Source of the DNA: Pseudomonadota bacterium
GTDB taxonomy: Bacteria; Bdellovibrionota_B; Oligoflexia; Oligoflexales; RGVZ01
Length of the DNA: 64,000 bases
Assembly: GCA_041178085.1 (NCBI GenBank)
Contig: JBEGVZ010000082.1
Coordinates: 1-64,000, forward strand
Direction of reading: 5' to 3'
The first letter of the stretch is position 1, and each line of letters starts with the position of its first letter. A program made the position numbers and the translations under genes. The notes below the pieces were generated by a model. That model ran no database searches. It had not been told where the DNA came from and was given only the letters and a program-made list of their open reading frames with translations. Positions 7,256 through 17,378 of the stretch are shown here, one piece after another.

Positions 7256-9625
7256 TCACCGGATGCGCGTTGGCGGCAGCCACCATCTACGCAGCAAGAC
7301 TTCGACCGGTAGCATCGCCATCAAAGCCCACGACCACCAGTGTTTGAACGGCCAGTAGGGATCCTCCCGCAAGGGGGCTTGACGGGCCAGATCACCGGCG
7401 ACTTCCTGGTCCGAAGACTTACGCCCTGCTTTTTCACGCAACCAACGCCCCATCCGCGATGATGCCAGGTCAACCGACTGGTAGGGCTCCGACTCCCCGA
7501 CCAACACCATGGAAGCACCGGTTTGCTCCTCAAGACGCCGCAACCATGCGATCGAATCCAGCGATTCTGCATCACTGAGCGGCATCTGAACAAATGCGCT
7601 GCTGGCCGCCTTGACGGAACCAAAAGCAACATCCTCCCCTTCCACTTCAAGGCGGCAGAATGGGCGCTCCACCCCAGATTGGGCACGGACCGAAACCTTG
7701 CCCGACAGAATTACCTGATCGGGCGCAGTCCGCTCGACGGTTACCGCGCGAGGATTCTGCAAGGCACCACAAAGCTTGACCTGCCAACGTTTGCCGGACT
7801 CCGTATTGTTCTCCAGGTCAAAGTGCCTGATCGCAGGACCACTAAGGTTCGCCGACCATTCTTCCGCCTTGCCAGCGGACCAGATCGCAAGCCGATTGGC
7901 CACGACCGGCTTGCGCAAATCCTGGCGGAGCAGCCAGTGAAGGGCCGCCATCAGAAAACGATCGTAAGTTTCGCGCGGGACCCCGTCCTTGCCGGACATC
8001 GCCAGCCGCCAGAATGAATCACTCATTACCCACAGGGCCCGTCCACGGCCTGGAAAAGTTGCCAGCGCCAGCGGTACCTTTTGTCCGTCTGGAAGGCGCG
8101 CATGGAGCAGCGGGGTGCTGCGCGCCTTGTCGACCATGGCTTCAGGAATGACATGAAGGCCGCGGAGCCCTGTTGCATGCTTTATTGCCGATGCACCTTG
8201 CTGCCAGTCGTCGTAAACACTGACCAGCTCGCGCTTGTCCGCGCTGGGCGCCGCAAACTCAACACGGAAACTTGCATCTGGATTGTAACCGGCTCCCTGC
8301 CCCTCAAATCCACTGGCGGGATCGCTGTCGGCATCCTGCCGTCCGGCAGTGATCAACGCCTCAACGCCCTGCCCGAATGGCAAGATTTCGCGAAGCGGAG
8401 AACTACTCAAATCAAGTCGCAGTAATGCGCGCGGACCACCGATGAAAAGCAAGCCGCCACCATTCTTCACAAACTGAACCAGATTGGCCTGGTATTCCGG
8501 CTGTAAAAACTGGCCGAGCGTGAAATCCTGAAGGATAAGGACCCGAAAACTTTGCAATTCTTCTTTGAACAGGCGCTCGGCAGGAAACGGGATCAAGCTG
8601 AGTTCCCGGTCCGGCACTTCCAGGTTGTCCCAAGGATCTCTCAAGATGAAAAAACTGATCTGGTCGAACTTTGGCTCGCTTTTGACAAGGCGGCGCAAAA
8701 AACGACCATCCCACCCCGGGGAACCCAGCAGGTGCAACAGTCCGAGCGTGTTCGGCAACACTTCGACGTCGAGGGACGAAACGTTGTCCCAGACCATGGA
8801 CTCGGCCGGAGATGGCAAAATAACAATTTCCAGGGGCTGTTCCCCCCGAGCCAAAGCCGGGACGACCAGCTTGGCGCCAGCCCTTGGCTCTGTGGCGGGA
8901 AACAAAACCTCTGCCACAGCCAGTACCTGATTCCCTGAACGGACCTGAATTTGAACCGTCTCCCTGGGCAGGTCTCTGCTTGCCGCAAGGCCATCACCAC
9001 GGCCCAGCTGGACATCAATCGTCATGGGGCGTCCTTCGAACGCATAAGGAGACGCCGCCAGGGAATCGAAATAAAGATTCCGCGGATCCGCTGACTGGAA
9101 GCCCATCAGCATGCCCGGACCCGCGCCTGAACTGCGCATGCCGCGGACCGTCTCACCTGCTGCGGCCAAGGCATCCCCGCCATCAGATACGAGTATCCAA
9201 GGATCGCCGGCCGTGCCGAGCCACCAGTTCCTCAAGGCGGCACCGATGCGCGATGTTACAGGCGGCTTGCCCTCTGGTGTCTCAGGGTCAAGCCCCCCCA
9301 AAGTGGAGACCTTGAGTTCGCAGCCAGCCTCGATGCAATAATTACGCGCATCGTTAACCAGCCGCCGCGCGACCTCCTCTCTGCGCGGGCCGCCCTGCCA
9401 AACCCGCTCCTTCATGCTCATGGAATCGTCCAACAAAACGTGTACCGGACGGACTCCCGGCATTTTTGGTGAGTCGTCGCGCAACTGCTCAGGAAAAAAA
9501 CACATAATGAACGGAAGGCACCACGCAATCCGTGCGATGGCCGGGCTGATCCATCTGCCTGCCGGGAGATGAAGCCTGGCTGCACCGTTTTCCTTGCTGA
9601 CTGGTTGCCCGTCGTTCACCGGCAT
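7256..9625 (-). CDS. vWA-like plus glutamine-amidotransferase-like membrane protein of the MoxR operon
   Basis: MIDAS-like LLDDSMSM and LVSDG; FFILR..ELSLIPFP..LF.EEL; FVKNGGGLLFIGG; GRGRAL; C-terminal TM ending EVLLRRWW. Confidence 0.7.
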   Translation of the reverse strand: MPVNDGQPVSKENGAARLHLPAGRWISPAIARIAWCLPFIMCFFPEQLRDDSPKMPGVRPVHVLLDDSMSMKERVWQGGPRREEVARRLVNDARNYCIEAGCELKVSTLGGLDPETPEGKPPVTSRIGAALRNWWLGTAGDPWILVSDGGDALAAAGETVRGMRSSGAGPGMLMGFQSADPRNLYFDSLAASPYAFEGRPMTIDVQLGRGDGLAASRDLPRETVQIQVRSGNQVLAVAEVLFPATEPRAGAKLVVPALARGEQPLEIVILPSPAESMVWDNVSSLDVEVLPNTLGLLHLLGSPGWDGRFLRRLVKSEPKFDQISFFILRDPWDNLEVPDRELSLIPFPAERLFKEELQSFRVLILQDFTLGQFLQPEYQANLVQFVKNGGGLLFIGGPRALLRLDLSSSPLREILPFGQGVEALITAGRQDADSDPASGFEGQGAGYNPDASFRVEFAAPSADKRELVSVYDDWQQGASAIKHATGLRGLHVIPEAMVDKARSTPLLHARLPDGQKVPLALATFPGRGRALWVMSDSFWRLAMSGKDGVPRETYDRFLMAALHWLLRQDLRKPVVANRLAIWSAGKAEEWSANLSGPAIRHFDLENNTESGKRWQVKLCGALQNPRAVTVERTAPDQVILSGKVSVRAQSGVERPFCRLEVEGEDVAFGSVKAASSAFVQMPLSDAESLDSIAWLRRLEEQTGASMVLVGESEPYQSVDLASSRMGRWLREKAGRKSSDQEVAGDLARQAPLREDPYWPFKHWWSWALMAMLPVEVLLRRWWLPPTRIR

Positions 9626-12369
9626 TACCTCAAACGCTTCAAGATTTCGGGAAGGTGTACCTGATCCTTTTTATAGTCCGTCGTCAATGCAACCAGCAGC
9701 AAATTCACGAAAGCGCGGTAGCGCATTTCCGCAGCCTGCAACTTCTGCTTCCCACCACCATCGGCGCCGGCCACAAACTCGCCGCCCCCGGGGCAAAGGC
9801 TTCCCGGAGAATCCTGCAAACTGCGGCTCAAGTATCCCGGGATTGAAACCGCGGCCACACGTCCGTCAAAGCTGAACTGGTGCCAAATCAAACTGCCACA
9901 CGAGGGCAGGGCATCCAGCAAGTAAAAACTCCGCATCAATTCGTGATCGGTTGGCACTGGTTGCCACTTGGCTTCGACGGGGAACTCGACATCAAAAAGG
10001 GCGTCCAATTTTTCCCGCGAACTGGCTCCTTCAATGACCAGGAAACCACCCCGTCGCAACCAGTTGCCCAGTGCAGGTTTGAGCTTGCCGTTTGAGCCAG
10101 AAAGGCCAACCGTCCCGTCAACCCAAAGCCACGGCTGATCTGGCATGTTCGTCCCTATTGTGGTCACGCGCGGATGTTTCGCCAGAGTGATCGAGGTCCG
10201 GCCGGAAACTTCGCGCGACAACTTTGTATACGTGGCCTGGCTGCTGCCTCCTGCAGTGACCATCTCCATCACTGCGGCCTGAGCCGTGCGCGGTAATCCG
10301 GCCATTCCCAACAGGCCTGCGAGCAGCAGCACACTGCCCGGGAACATCAGGCGCTTTGCCGCAAGCCATGCCAACTCAACAAACACGGCGCTGCCCGCCA
10401 CGGCGACAAGTGTGCGCACCCACGGCCATGGATTATCCTTGCGCTCGCCACCGGCAAGAGCTTCCGGTTGAACAGCCGGACCGTCAGCCGGCAATCCTGG
10501 ACCTGCGCGCAGCAAGCCAGGCAGGCTCGATGCAGGCGACTGGAGGAGCAGGCTCTCCGCCGCTGGCACATTGCTGAGGGCAAGATCCACTTTCAATGAC
10601 GGCTCGGGGGAAAAATCCACCGACGATGAGTCCGCAATGCGCAACCAACGTCCGGCTTTTTCCGCACTGCCGGGCAACTGGAAATTGATCAGTTCACGAA
10701 TCACCAGGGGAAAACGGGCATGGTTGATGCCCGAGGCTACGGAAGGCATCAGCGGCAAAGTAAAAGCAAGCAGGTCGCCACCCTTGCCTTCAAGCTCATC
10801 GTCAGCGACACCGCCGCGCAACACACCTCGCCAGGCAAAGGACTGGCTCTCATCCCCAAGTTTCCCGCCAACCTGGCGCGCGCCCAGCGAAGGCAACAGG
10901 GCAATCCAAGACGCACGCGTTTTTGTATCCGCGCAGAAATCGCGCCGGGCTTCGACGCCGGCAAGCCGAACATAACACGTGCACAGGTCACTCCACGAGG
11001 ATGACGAGTTGCGCGGTGCAAGCCACACGGAATCGGCTGGTTTCAATTGCCTGACCAGAGCATTGGAGCACACTTCGTCTGCATGCCCTGCGACACCGCC
11101 GAGCAGGATCCAACGCGTACCGGGAGCGGCTTGCCTGGGACTTCCCCCGCCGGATGAGCGCTCCGTCTTGCCTTCAGCAACAAGGCGCAGGATGGCGCCG
11201 TCCGAGCTGTCATGCCGCACCATTTCGAATCCAAGCAGGGACATCACCGTTGCAAGCTGCCACGAACTTTCCTGCATCAGCCCTTCGCCCACAGGTTCAG
11301 TCACCAGGTTCACCCGTCCGGGTCCCGCGTCGCGCCACGACCTGAACTCATTGTCTGCCTTGATGGCATCGGGCTTTGACGGTTCGATACGAAACAGCAG
11401 GCGGTCCGCAGTTGCCTTGACCTCTACGTTGAGTACGAGCCTTCCCGCCCCCGCAGGAAACGTCCATGAGGTGCGGCCGGCAACGGCCTCGCCTTCCAGA
11501 ACCTCCAAGGTTCCCGATTGCGTTGTCAGCTGGCCGTCCGGATCAACCGTCCGCCGCAGGATTTCCACCTCCCAGACTTCCGACAGAGCCGCACCGCTGG
11601 CACCTCCTGTCTGGATTGCGCCCGGAGCATCTTGGGCAAGGCGGTTTACAGACTCAATGAACATGTTGGCCAGGTCCGGTTGCGGATCAGGCAGGGCAAC
11701 CCGCAGCAGGCGTGTCCCCCCCCGAAACCAACCGAGGTTAAGACCAGACCAGGAATGGCGGTCCGCATCGGACAACACGACCACTCGCTCGACTGTCTCC
11801 GTCCCGGCGCCTGAAGTAGCGGCTTCAAGTTGCTCCTGAAGAACAGGACCAAGGCGAACTCCCGCGCGTGCATACCCGGTATCGAGCAAGATTTTTTCCA
11901 CCTCTTCCCGGCTGGCAGGCGTCGTGATCGTTGCCGCACTGGATGTGCCCACCGTGGTCTTTCCGCCCGCAGCAAGAAATTCCCACGTTTCGCCGGCGCG
12001 AGAAGCCAACTCCGGCAATGGAATTCTTGACACCGACGGGGACAAGTCAACGATGAGGTGGGACCTGATGCTTCGTTGTTGCCGGTCAGCCCGTTCAATA
12101 TGCGCGGGCCGGCTCGACAGCAAAAGAGCCGCCAGGGCCGCTGCAACGAAGCACAGAAACGGAATGAGTGGCGGTGGTTCAAGACGCATCCGGGGCTTGA
12201 TACGGGGCAAAATGTCCAGACGGCGCAGCAGTGGGAACCAGACCTTCCGCCGGCGAACCAGGACGATCCACCAGATCGCTATCGCAGACACGGCCGCAGC
12301 TGCGACAAACCATGTTACCGCTGAAGGTGCAAGCGACAGGTTCAATGCTTGAATGATCATCGGGCGCAC
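9625..12369 (-). CDS. BatA-like N-terminal / vWA / DUF4159-like C-terminal protein
   Basis: N-terminal TM with RRRKVWFP.L, IVDLSPS, VLSD; C-terminal DHELMRSFYLL and NLLLVALTTDYKKDQVHLPEILKRL typical of DUF4159 fusions. Confidence 0.7.
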   Translation of the reverse strand: MRPMIIQALNLSLAPSAVTWFVAAAAVSAIAIWWIVLVRRRKVWFPLLRRLDILPRIKPRMRLEPPPLIPFLCFVAAALAALLLSSRPAHIERADRQQRSIRSHLIVDLSPSVSRIPLPELASRAGETWEFLAAGGKTTVGTSSAATITTPASREEVEKILLDTGYARAGVRLGPVLQEQLEAATSGAGTETVERVVVLSDADRHSWSGLNLGWFRGGTRLLRVALPDPQPDLANMFIESVNRLAQDAPGAIQTGGASGAALSEVWEVEILRRTVDPDGQLTTQSGTLEVLEGEAVAGRTSWTFPAGAGRLVLNVEVKATADRLLFRIEPSKPDAIKADNEFRSWRDAGPGRVNLVTEPVGEGLMQESSWQLATVMSLLGFEMVRHDSSDGAILRLVAEGKTERSSGGGSPRQAAPGTRWILLGGVAGHADEVCSNALVRQLKPADSVWLAPRNSSSSWSDLCTCYVRLAGVEARRDFCADTKTRASWIALLPSLGARQVGGKLGDESQSFAWRGVLRGGVADDELEGKGGDLLAFTLPLMPSVASGINHARFPLVIRELINFQLPGSAEKAGRWLRIADSSSVDFSPEPSLKVDLALSNVPAAESLLLQSPASSLPGLLRAGPGLPADGPAVQPEALAGGERKDNPWPWVRTLVAVAGSAVFVELAWLAAKRLMFPGSVLLLAGLLGMAGLPRTAQAAVMEMVTAGGSSQATYTKLSREVSGRTSITLAKHPRVTTIGTNMPDQPWLWVDGTVGLSGSNGKLKPALGNWLRRGGFLVIEGASSREKLDALFDVEFPVEAKWQPVPTDHELMRSFYLLDALPSCGSLIWHQFSFDGRVAAVSIPGYLSRSLQDSPGSLCPGGGEFVAGADGGGKQKLQAAEMRYRAFVNLLLVALTTDYKKDQVHLPEILKRLR

Positions 12370-13202
12370 CAGCGTTCGAACAAGGGAACAAACTCGTCGA
12401 CCGGGGTTTCTGGAGTGACCCGGGTAGCAAGCACACCGGACTCCGCCGCAGCGCTGTCCAGTTGCTGGAACCAGGCTTCGCGTGCAGCTTCAATCTGCTG
12501 GCGCAACCACGATTCCTCCCACTCACGCGGATCGCGTTGTTCCTCGGAATAGACCGCATCGTCAGCGCGCCAACTGTCACCTGTCTCGCGGCCCGACAAC
12601 AAGTGAATCATCAAATCCGCCGGGCCAAGGCCCGAAAAATCTGAGGACGCGCCGCGCCCGGCAAGATCGTCAGAAATGACTATGTGACGCGGTCCCTTGA
12701 ACGGATGCCTTGCCGGCGGCAAAACAGCGGTTCCAGCGTCCGGCCCGAAACCACCAGACGTCAGCAAATGAAACAAGTCCATCGCAGTGCGGGCACCGGG
12801 AAAGCGACTGGTCTGGCCCGCGACTTCAAGTTCCACCAGATCGCCACGGCGCAACAGGCCAAAAGCACAGAACAGGGCGATGCGCCATGCGACCTCTGCC
12901 TTGGCAGCATCCCAGTACATGGAGTCACGCAGTTTGAGGTGAATGCAGACTGGAACCGGAGCCGGATCGCGCTGCTGACGGACAAGCAACTGGTCGGTCC
13001 TGCCGTAGGCCCGCCAATCGATCATGTGGACTGAATCGCCCGCCTGGTAGGGACGCGTGTCCTCAGGAAACTTGCGCGGCACCTTTAGGCGCTGGGGAGC
13101 GCCACCCGCGGGCCGCGGAGCAAAACGCGGCAGGCGCCGGGCACGGCGAAACTCGTAGCCGGGCGCAAGAGACGCAAGCGTTGCCGGCGAATCTGACGCC
13201 AT
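12357..13202 (-). CDS. DUF58 domain protein
   Basis: RPYQAGDSVHMIDWRAYGRTDQLLVR; lies directly after MoxR. Confidence 0.85.
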   Translation of the reverse strand: MASDSPATLASLAPGYEFRRARRLPRFAPRPAGGAPQRLKVPRKFPEDTRPYQAGDSVHMIDWRAYGRTDQLLVRQQRDPAPVPVCIHLKLRDSMYWDAAKAEVAWRIALFCAFGLLRRGDLVELEVAGQTSRFPGARTAMDLFHLLTSGGFGPDAGTAVLPPARHPFKGPRHIVISDDLAGRGASSDFSGLGPADLMIHLLSGRETGDSWRADDAVYSEEQRDPREWEESWLRQQIEAAREAWFQQLDSAAAESGVLATRVTPETPVDEFVPLFERWCAR

Positions 13203-13203
13203 G

Positions 13204-14388
13204 TCAGGCCTCCAGCAGCTCGAGCTTCAACTTTTCGCGCCCGTGCTTGAGCAACATTTCTACGATCGTGTCTTCGGTCAGGCCATCCCGGCTTGCGGCA
13301 AGTGAGAGGCGGACCCGGTGCCGAAGAACTGGCTTGGCCATCCGTTCAACGTGGCGCCAGTGCACGACCTCGGATTCCTCCAGCAAAGCCAGGGCGCGTG
13401 CCGCTGAAACCAGGGCCAGTCCGCTACGCGGACCTGCACCGTACATGACTCCATGCTGAACAAAAGCAGGAATATCACTGCCGCCGCTGGCCGGCGTGGC
13501 CGGACGCGTCATCCGCACGAGCGTTGCAATCCCCTTGATCAAAGCCGGATCGATGCGCACGGTGCGCGCACAATCAATCAGCTTGAGTAGCTCCTGGGTA
13601 TCGATCAGCGGATGAGTCGGGGCTTTGTGGGCGGCCGGGGCGCCTGGTTTGTTTTCTCCGACGAGCGTGCCGGCGGCGTGCTCCGTCAGCATCGTCACTT
13701 CTGCATCTGCCCCCGGATAGTCGACCAGGGCGTGCAACAGGAAACGATCAAGCTGTGCTTCCGGCAAGGGGAAAACGCCTTCCGACTCAAACGGGTTCTG
13801 GGTGGCAAAAACAAGAAACGGCCGAGGCAATGGATGGGTCGTGCCGCCGATGGTGACGGCGCGTTCCTGCATCGCCTCCAAAAGTGCCGACTGGGTCCTG
13901 GGGGAGGCGCGGTTGATTTCGTCCGCCAGGACGAGTCCACCGAAAACCGGGCCAGGCACAAAGCGAAATTCGCGCCTGCCTGTCTCCGGATCAATGTTTA
14001 GCACTTCCGCACCGGTGATGTCAGACGGCAACAGGTCGGGCGTGAACTGGATGCGTTTGAATGGCACGCCCACCAGTTCTGACAGGGTGCGGACCAGCGT
14101 CGTTTTCGCCAGTCCAGGGGCTCCAGTCATCAACAAGTGGCCATTGGCCGCCAGGCAGCAGACCACTTCGTCGATGAGGCTCTCTTGTCCGAAGACAAGA
14201 GAACGCAACTGGTCACGAAGGTTTCTGAGGGAACGGGAAGCGTCCTGGAACTGCAATGGACCCTGCACTTGGACCTCCTGGAGATGAGCCACAACACCAG
14301 CCCTGGTGAAAGATTGCCAAGTCGTCCTGCGACTTTCAATGCCGTTGGCAACCGGATGTCCAGACATTGTATCCCGTGTTCCGGACAC
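13204..14388 (-). CDS. moxR: MoxR family AAA+ ATPase
   Basis: Walker A GAPGLAKT, RIQFTPDLLPSDITG, Walker B LADEINRA, ATQNP.E.EG.FPLPEAQLDRF; true start probably somewhat downstream of 14388. Confidence 0.95.
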   Translation of the reverse strand: MSGTRDTMSGHPVANGIESRRTTWQSFTRAGVVAHLQEVQVQGPLQFQDASRSLRNLRDQLRSLVFGQESLIDEVVCCLAANGHLLMTGAPGLAKTTLVRTLSELVGVPFKRIQFTPDLLPSDITGAEVLNIDPETGRREFRFVPGPVFGGLVLADEINRASPRTQSALLEAMQERAVTIGGTTHPLPRPFLVFATQNPFESEGVFPLPEAQLDRFLLHALVDYPGADAEVTMLTEHAAGTLVGENKPGAPAAHKAPTHPLIDTQELLKLIDCARTVRIDPALIKGIATLVRMTRPATPASGGSDIPAFVQHGVMYGAGPRSGLALVSAARALALLEESEVVHWRHVERMAKPVLRHRVRLSLAASRDGLTEDTIVEMLLKHGREKLKLELLEA

Positions 14389-14406
14389 TTGCGAGGAGGA
14401 GAAACC

Positions 14407-14619
14407 ATGAACCGTAAAACAGACTTACCATGGCAAACCGACCGGGAGGGGGGCGGAGTTGCCCTTGAGTACGTCCTGGTCACCACTTTTGCCCTTGCGA
14501 CAACCCTGAGCGCCCTGGCTTACCTTGGGCGGACCATGAAAGAAAAGTTCGCTGCGCTGGAGGTCGCCGGGAACGTTGATTTCGATCAGGAGTTCAGCCC
14601 CGTTGATGTTGGCCCCTGA
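14407..14619 (+). CDS. Flp/type IVb pilin-like small protein (70 aa)
   Basis: Strong RBS GAGGAGGAG before ATG 14407; DREGGG|VALEYVLV followed by a hydrophobic helix (G-x4-EY Flp motif). Confidence 0.65.
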   Translation: MNRKTDLPWQTDREGGGVALEYVLVTTFALATTLSALAYLGRTMKEKFAALEVAGNVDFDQEFSPVDVGP

Positions 14620-14621
14620 CC

Positions 14622-15011
14622 ATGACCGGGATTCCGTTGATCGCTGCTGCCGCCTGCCTGCTTGCCGCGGGAGCGTGGCTGGGTGCTGCCAACCGGTCCT
14701 TGTCCGGGGCGATGGCGGAGTCACTGGCGATCCGCAAACAGTTGCAAGAGGATCCCGCCACTGCCGTGGCACAGCGCTGCGGAGACCCCGTGCCGCTGGC
14801 CGCAATACCGGGTTTTTCCTGTCAGGGGGTCCTCGAGCACAGGCGCAGAAACCCTGCCGGCTGGGTACCGGCGTCCTGCTTTGTACCCGCCGGGCGTCCC
14901 GCGCGACTCGAACCGGTGCGATTTCGCAGGATTCGTGTATGCTGCTCCCTGCAGGGCCGGCGATTGGGGGGCCAATGCCTCTTCCAGTGGCGCCTGGCAG
15001 TAAAGTCGTGA
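14622..15011 (+). CDS. Hypothetical protein with N-terminal hydrophobic segment and several Cys
   Basis: ATG 2 nt after the Flp-like stop; fills the gap to the next gene. Confidence 0.45.
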   Translation: MTGIPLIAAAACLLAAGAWLGAANRSLSGAMAESLAIRKQLQEDPATAVAQRCGDPVPLAAIPGFSCQGVLEHRRRNPAGWVPASCFVPAGRPARLEPVRFRRIRVCCSLQGRRLGGQCLFQWRLAVKS

Positions 15012-15028
15012 GCAACGGGAGTCAGTGC

Positions 15029-15493
15029 GTGTATTTTGCGATCATGAAAATCACCTTTTCGGGCGGAGAAGGCGAAGAGTCCGCGGGTGCCATGCAAGGC
15101 AACGTCAAACAGGAGTTAAACGCCCTCACGGAAAAACTCCGGGCGAGGTTCCGGGTAGCCATCCTGCCAGGCCAGTTGGAGGACGGCGAGCTACCGTCCC
15201 TGGGGATCGCTAGCCTAGCCCACTCAGAAGAGGCCCTGGCCCGCCAGCTCGACGCCATCTGCGAATTTTGTGAAAGCTCTGGCTTTGGCCGGATCGAGAG
15301 TGAACGTACGCTGATGGATCACATCGACGCCTTTGGTGACGACGAAGAAGAAGACAGCGATGCAGACGTTGATGAGGACATTGACGAGGCAAGCTACGGC
15401 CCGGATGAATACGACCCTGAAAGCGATCCCGACGACGATGACGATGACGACGGCAAGGGTGGCGGCAGCAATCCGGGACCAAGGACTCACTAG
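15029..15493 (+). CDS. DUF503 (YlxP)-like protein with long acidic tail
   Basis: KLRARFRVAI..LGIASLAHSEEALARQLDAICEFCES resembles DUF503; GTG 15029 after GGGAG; Asp/Glu-rich C-terminus. Confidence 0.55.
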   Translation: MYFAIMKITFSGGEGEESAGAMQGNVKQELNALTEKLRARFRVAILPGQLEDGELPSLGIASLAHSEEALARQLDAICEFCESSGFGRIESERTLMDHIDAFGDDEEEDSDADVDEDIDEASYGPDEYDPESDPDDDDDDDGKGGGSNPGPRTH

Positions 15494-15500
15494 GACGGCG

Positions 15501-17378
15501 TCAAGCCACCCCTGAAATCTTCCCGTTCCCGGCCTCGCCCGTCTCACTTTCCCCTTCGGTCGCGCTGACCAGGATACGTTCCAGGTCACTGCGGAACTGC
15601 GGCTTGTGGAAGAAATAACCCTGAGCCAGGTCAACCCCGTTGGCTTGGCAGAAGCGGGCTTCCTCTACCCTTTCAATACCCTCTGCAAGGACCATTGCGC
15701 CGGCAACCTTTGCTGCAAGAACCAGCGACTTCAACAAAGTCTGGCGAGCCTGGTCGCGATCGATGTGAGAAATAAGCGTCCGGTCGATCTTAATGATGTC
15801 AGGACGCATCTTGAGGATGCGATCAAGGCCGGCAAATCCTTTTCCGAAGTCATCCGCCGCGATCTTGAAATGCCGGCTGCGAAGGGATGCACACACTTCG
15901 CCCAACTTGTCGAAGTTGCCAATTTCCTCGGACTCGGAAACCTCCAAGACCACCTTTTCACGCCCTGGGATCAGTTCCTTGATCGCTTCCACGTGATAGA
16001 GGTTGCGCGGCAGAATGTTGACCATCAAGGCGCCTGGCAAACCCGCACCTGCACGAAGGGCATGCTTGAGGCATGCCTGATCCAGTTCAAGGGCAAGGTG
16101 AGCATGATGGGCAAGGGCAAACAGCACATCGGGTTGCAGCGTTCGACCTTCGAAAAAGCTGACAGGATCCGGCCAAAAACGACGATCGAATGCATTGGCA
16201 CGGATACGAATCAAGGATTCAAACCCAAAAATCTGTGAACGGAAGGCGTTCAAAGCACCTCCGTCAGCGAACTTGGATTCGTCTCCGAGGTCAATGCCTT
16301 GCATGTTGAAAACCGCCTGGAATGCGGGTTCCATCAACTCATCCGATTTTATCAGGGTGAGCAAAAGCTCCCGTTGGCGGTCTGAGATCCGCACCAGTTG
16401 GCCGCGTGAGCTGTCAAGGGCCGCTTCCATCAATTGAACGATCAATTCGCGGTTGCTCACACACGGGTTGTAAATGACCGTGGCATGACCAGCTGCGATC
16501 TCTGGAATCATCTTGACGCAGGACGGCAATCCGTTGCGATACTCCGGGCTTCCCCTGCCACCCACATCTCGCCAAAGCCTGCCAAGAAGGCGTGATGTAA
16601 GCCGTTCCGAGAGGCGCTCAAGGACACCCGGGGCGGGCACCTGATCGCGACCGCGTGCGGAATTCAGCACGACATAGAAAATGAGCGAGTCTTCGCGCTT
16701 ATGACAAAGCAGGTCGTCCGCGCGGAAGCTGCCCGCGTCACCCCACATTTCAAGGAGGGACTTCTTTACCTCAGCAAGAACTTGTTCAAAGACTTCGCTG
16801 CCGAGTGAGGTTGCGAGCTTACGCAACTTCGTGGCGTTGATGCACACAAGGCTGAGAACCGAGTCCTGACGCAGTCTGTTGCAAAGTTCATCGACGTTCA
16901 GTTCCGGGATACGCGACCGGATCTTGCGCACAACTTCTGGCTGAAGGATGCCATTGGCTCTCAGGCGGATCAGGATGCCCTCCACGCCCTCCACCACCGG
17001 GACCAATTCCAGCTTGCGGAAGTTGCGACCAGACACTGTTTCCGGCAGGGCACCGAGGACCACCACACGGAATCTTTGGTTTAGCCCGTTCAGATAGTCG
17101 AACCACCCTTCTTCACCCAGGTGTTCGAAACCGCGGGGACAATTTGATTTGGTGATCAATGCATCGGCGCCAATGCTGGCGATCTTGGTGGCTGCATTGG
17201 CTGCATCCGGATCCACCCAGATGATTTTCGCCGCAAACGCATCGAGAGCCTGCTTCAGGTCGATGGCTTCTTTGCGTGGCATGAAGACAATGACGCGACG
17301 TTCGTTCACCGGGCATGATCTCCCAACGTTTGACCTCATGGTCATCGGCAGCCACGTCGAATCGTTGAAGAGCTGCAC
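15501..17378 (-). CDS. EAL-domain c-di-GMP phosphodiesterase with degenerate GGDEF domain
   Basis: FESLIR, VNI, LEVSE, DDFGKG, IKIDR, AEGIE, QGYFF; upstream RADD (RxxD) with no GGDEF motif; start uncertain. Confidence 0.85.
   Translation of the reverse strand: MQLFNDSTWLPMTMRSNVGRSCPVNERRVIVFMPRKEAIDLKQALDAFAAKIIWVDPDAANAATKIASIGADALITKSNCPRGFEHLGEEGWFDYLNGLNQRFRVVVLGALPETVSGRNFRKLELVPVVEGVEGILIRLRANGILQPEVVRKIRSRIPELNVDELCNRLRQDSVLSLVCINATKLRKLATSLGSEVFEQVLAEVKKSLLEMWGDAGSFRADDLLCHKREDSLIFYVVLNSARGRDQVPAPGVLERLSERLTSRLLGRLWRDVGGRGSPEYRNGLPSCVKMIPEIAAGHATVIYNPCVSNRELIVQLMEAALDSSRGQLVRISDRQRELLLTLIKSDELMEPAFQAVFNMQGIDLGDESKFADGGALNAFRSQIFGFESLIRIRANAFDRRFWPDPVSFFEGRTLQPDVLFALAHHAHLALELDQACLKHALRAGAGLPGALMVNILPRNLYHVEAIKELIPGREKVVLEVSESEEIGNFDKLGEVCASLRSRHFKIAADDFGKGFAGLDRILKMRPDIIKIDRTLISHIDRDQARQTLLKSLVLAAKVAGAMVLAEGIERVEEARFCQANGVDLAQGYFFHKPQFRSDLERILVSATEGESETGEAGNGKISGVA

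Noticed and set aside
14576..15028. N-terminal half of the 305-aa ORF 14576..15493
   Set aside because: Overlaps the Flp-like gene and the 14622..15011 ORF; protein-like composition only begins near 15029
15335..15450. GAC/GAT-rich low-complexity DNA
   Set aside because: Explained by an acidic protein tail
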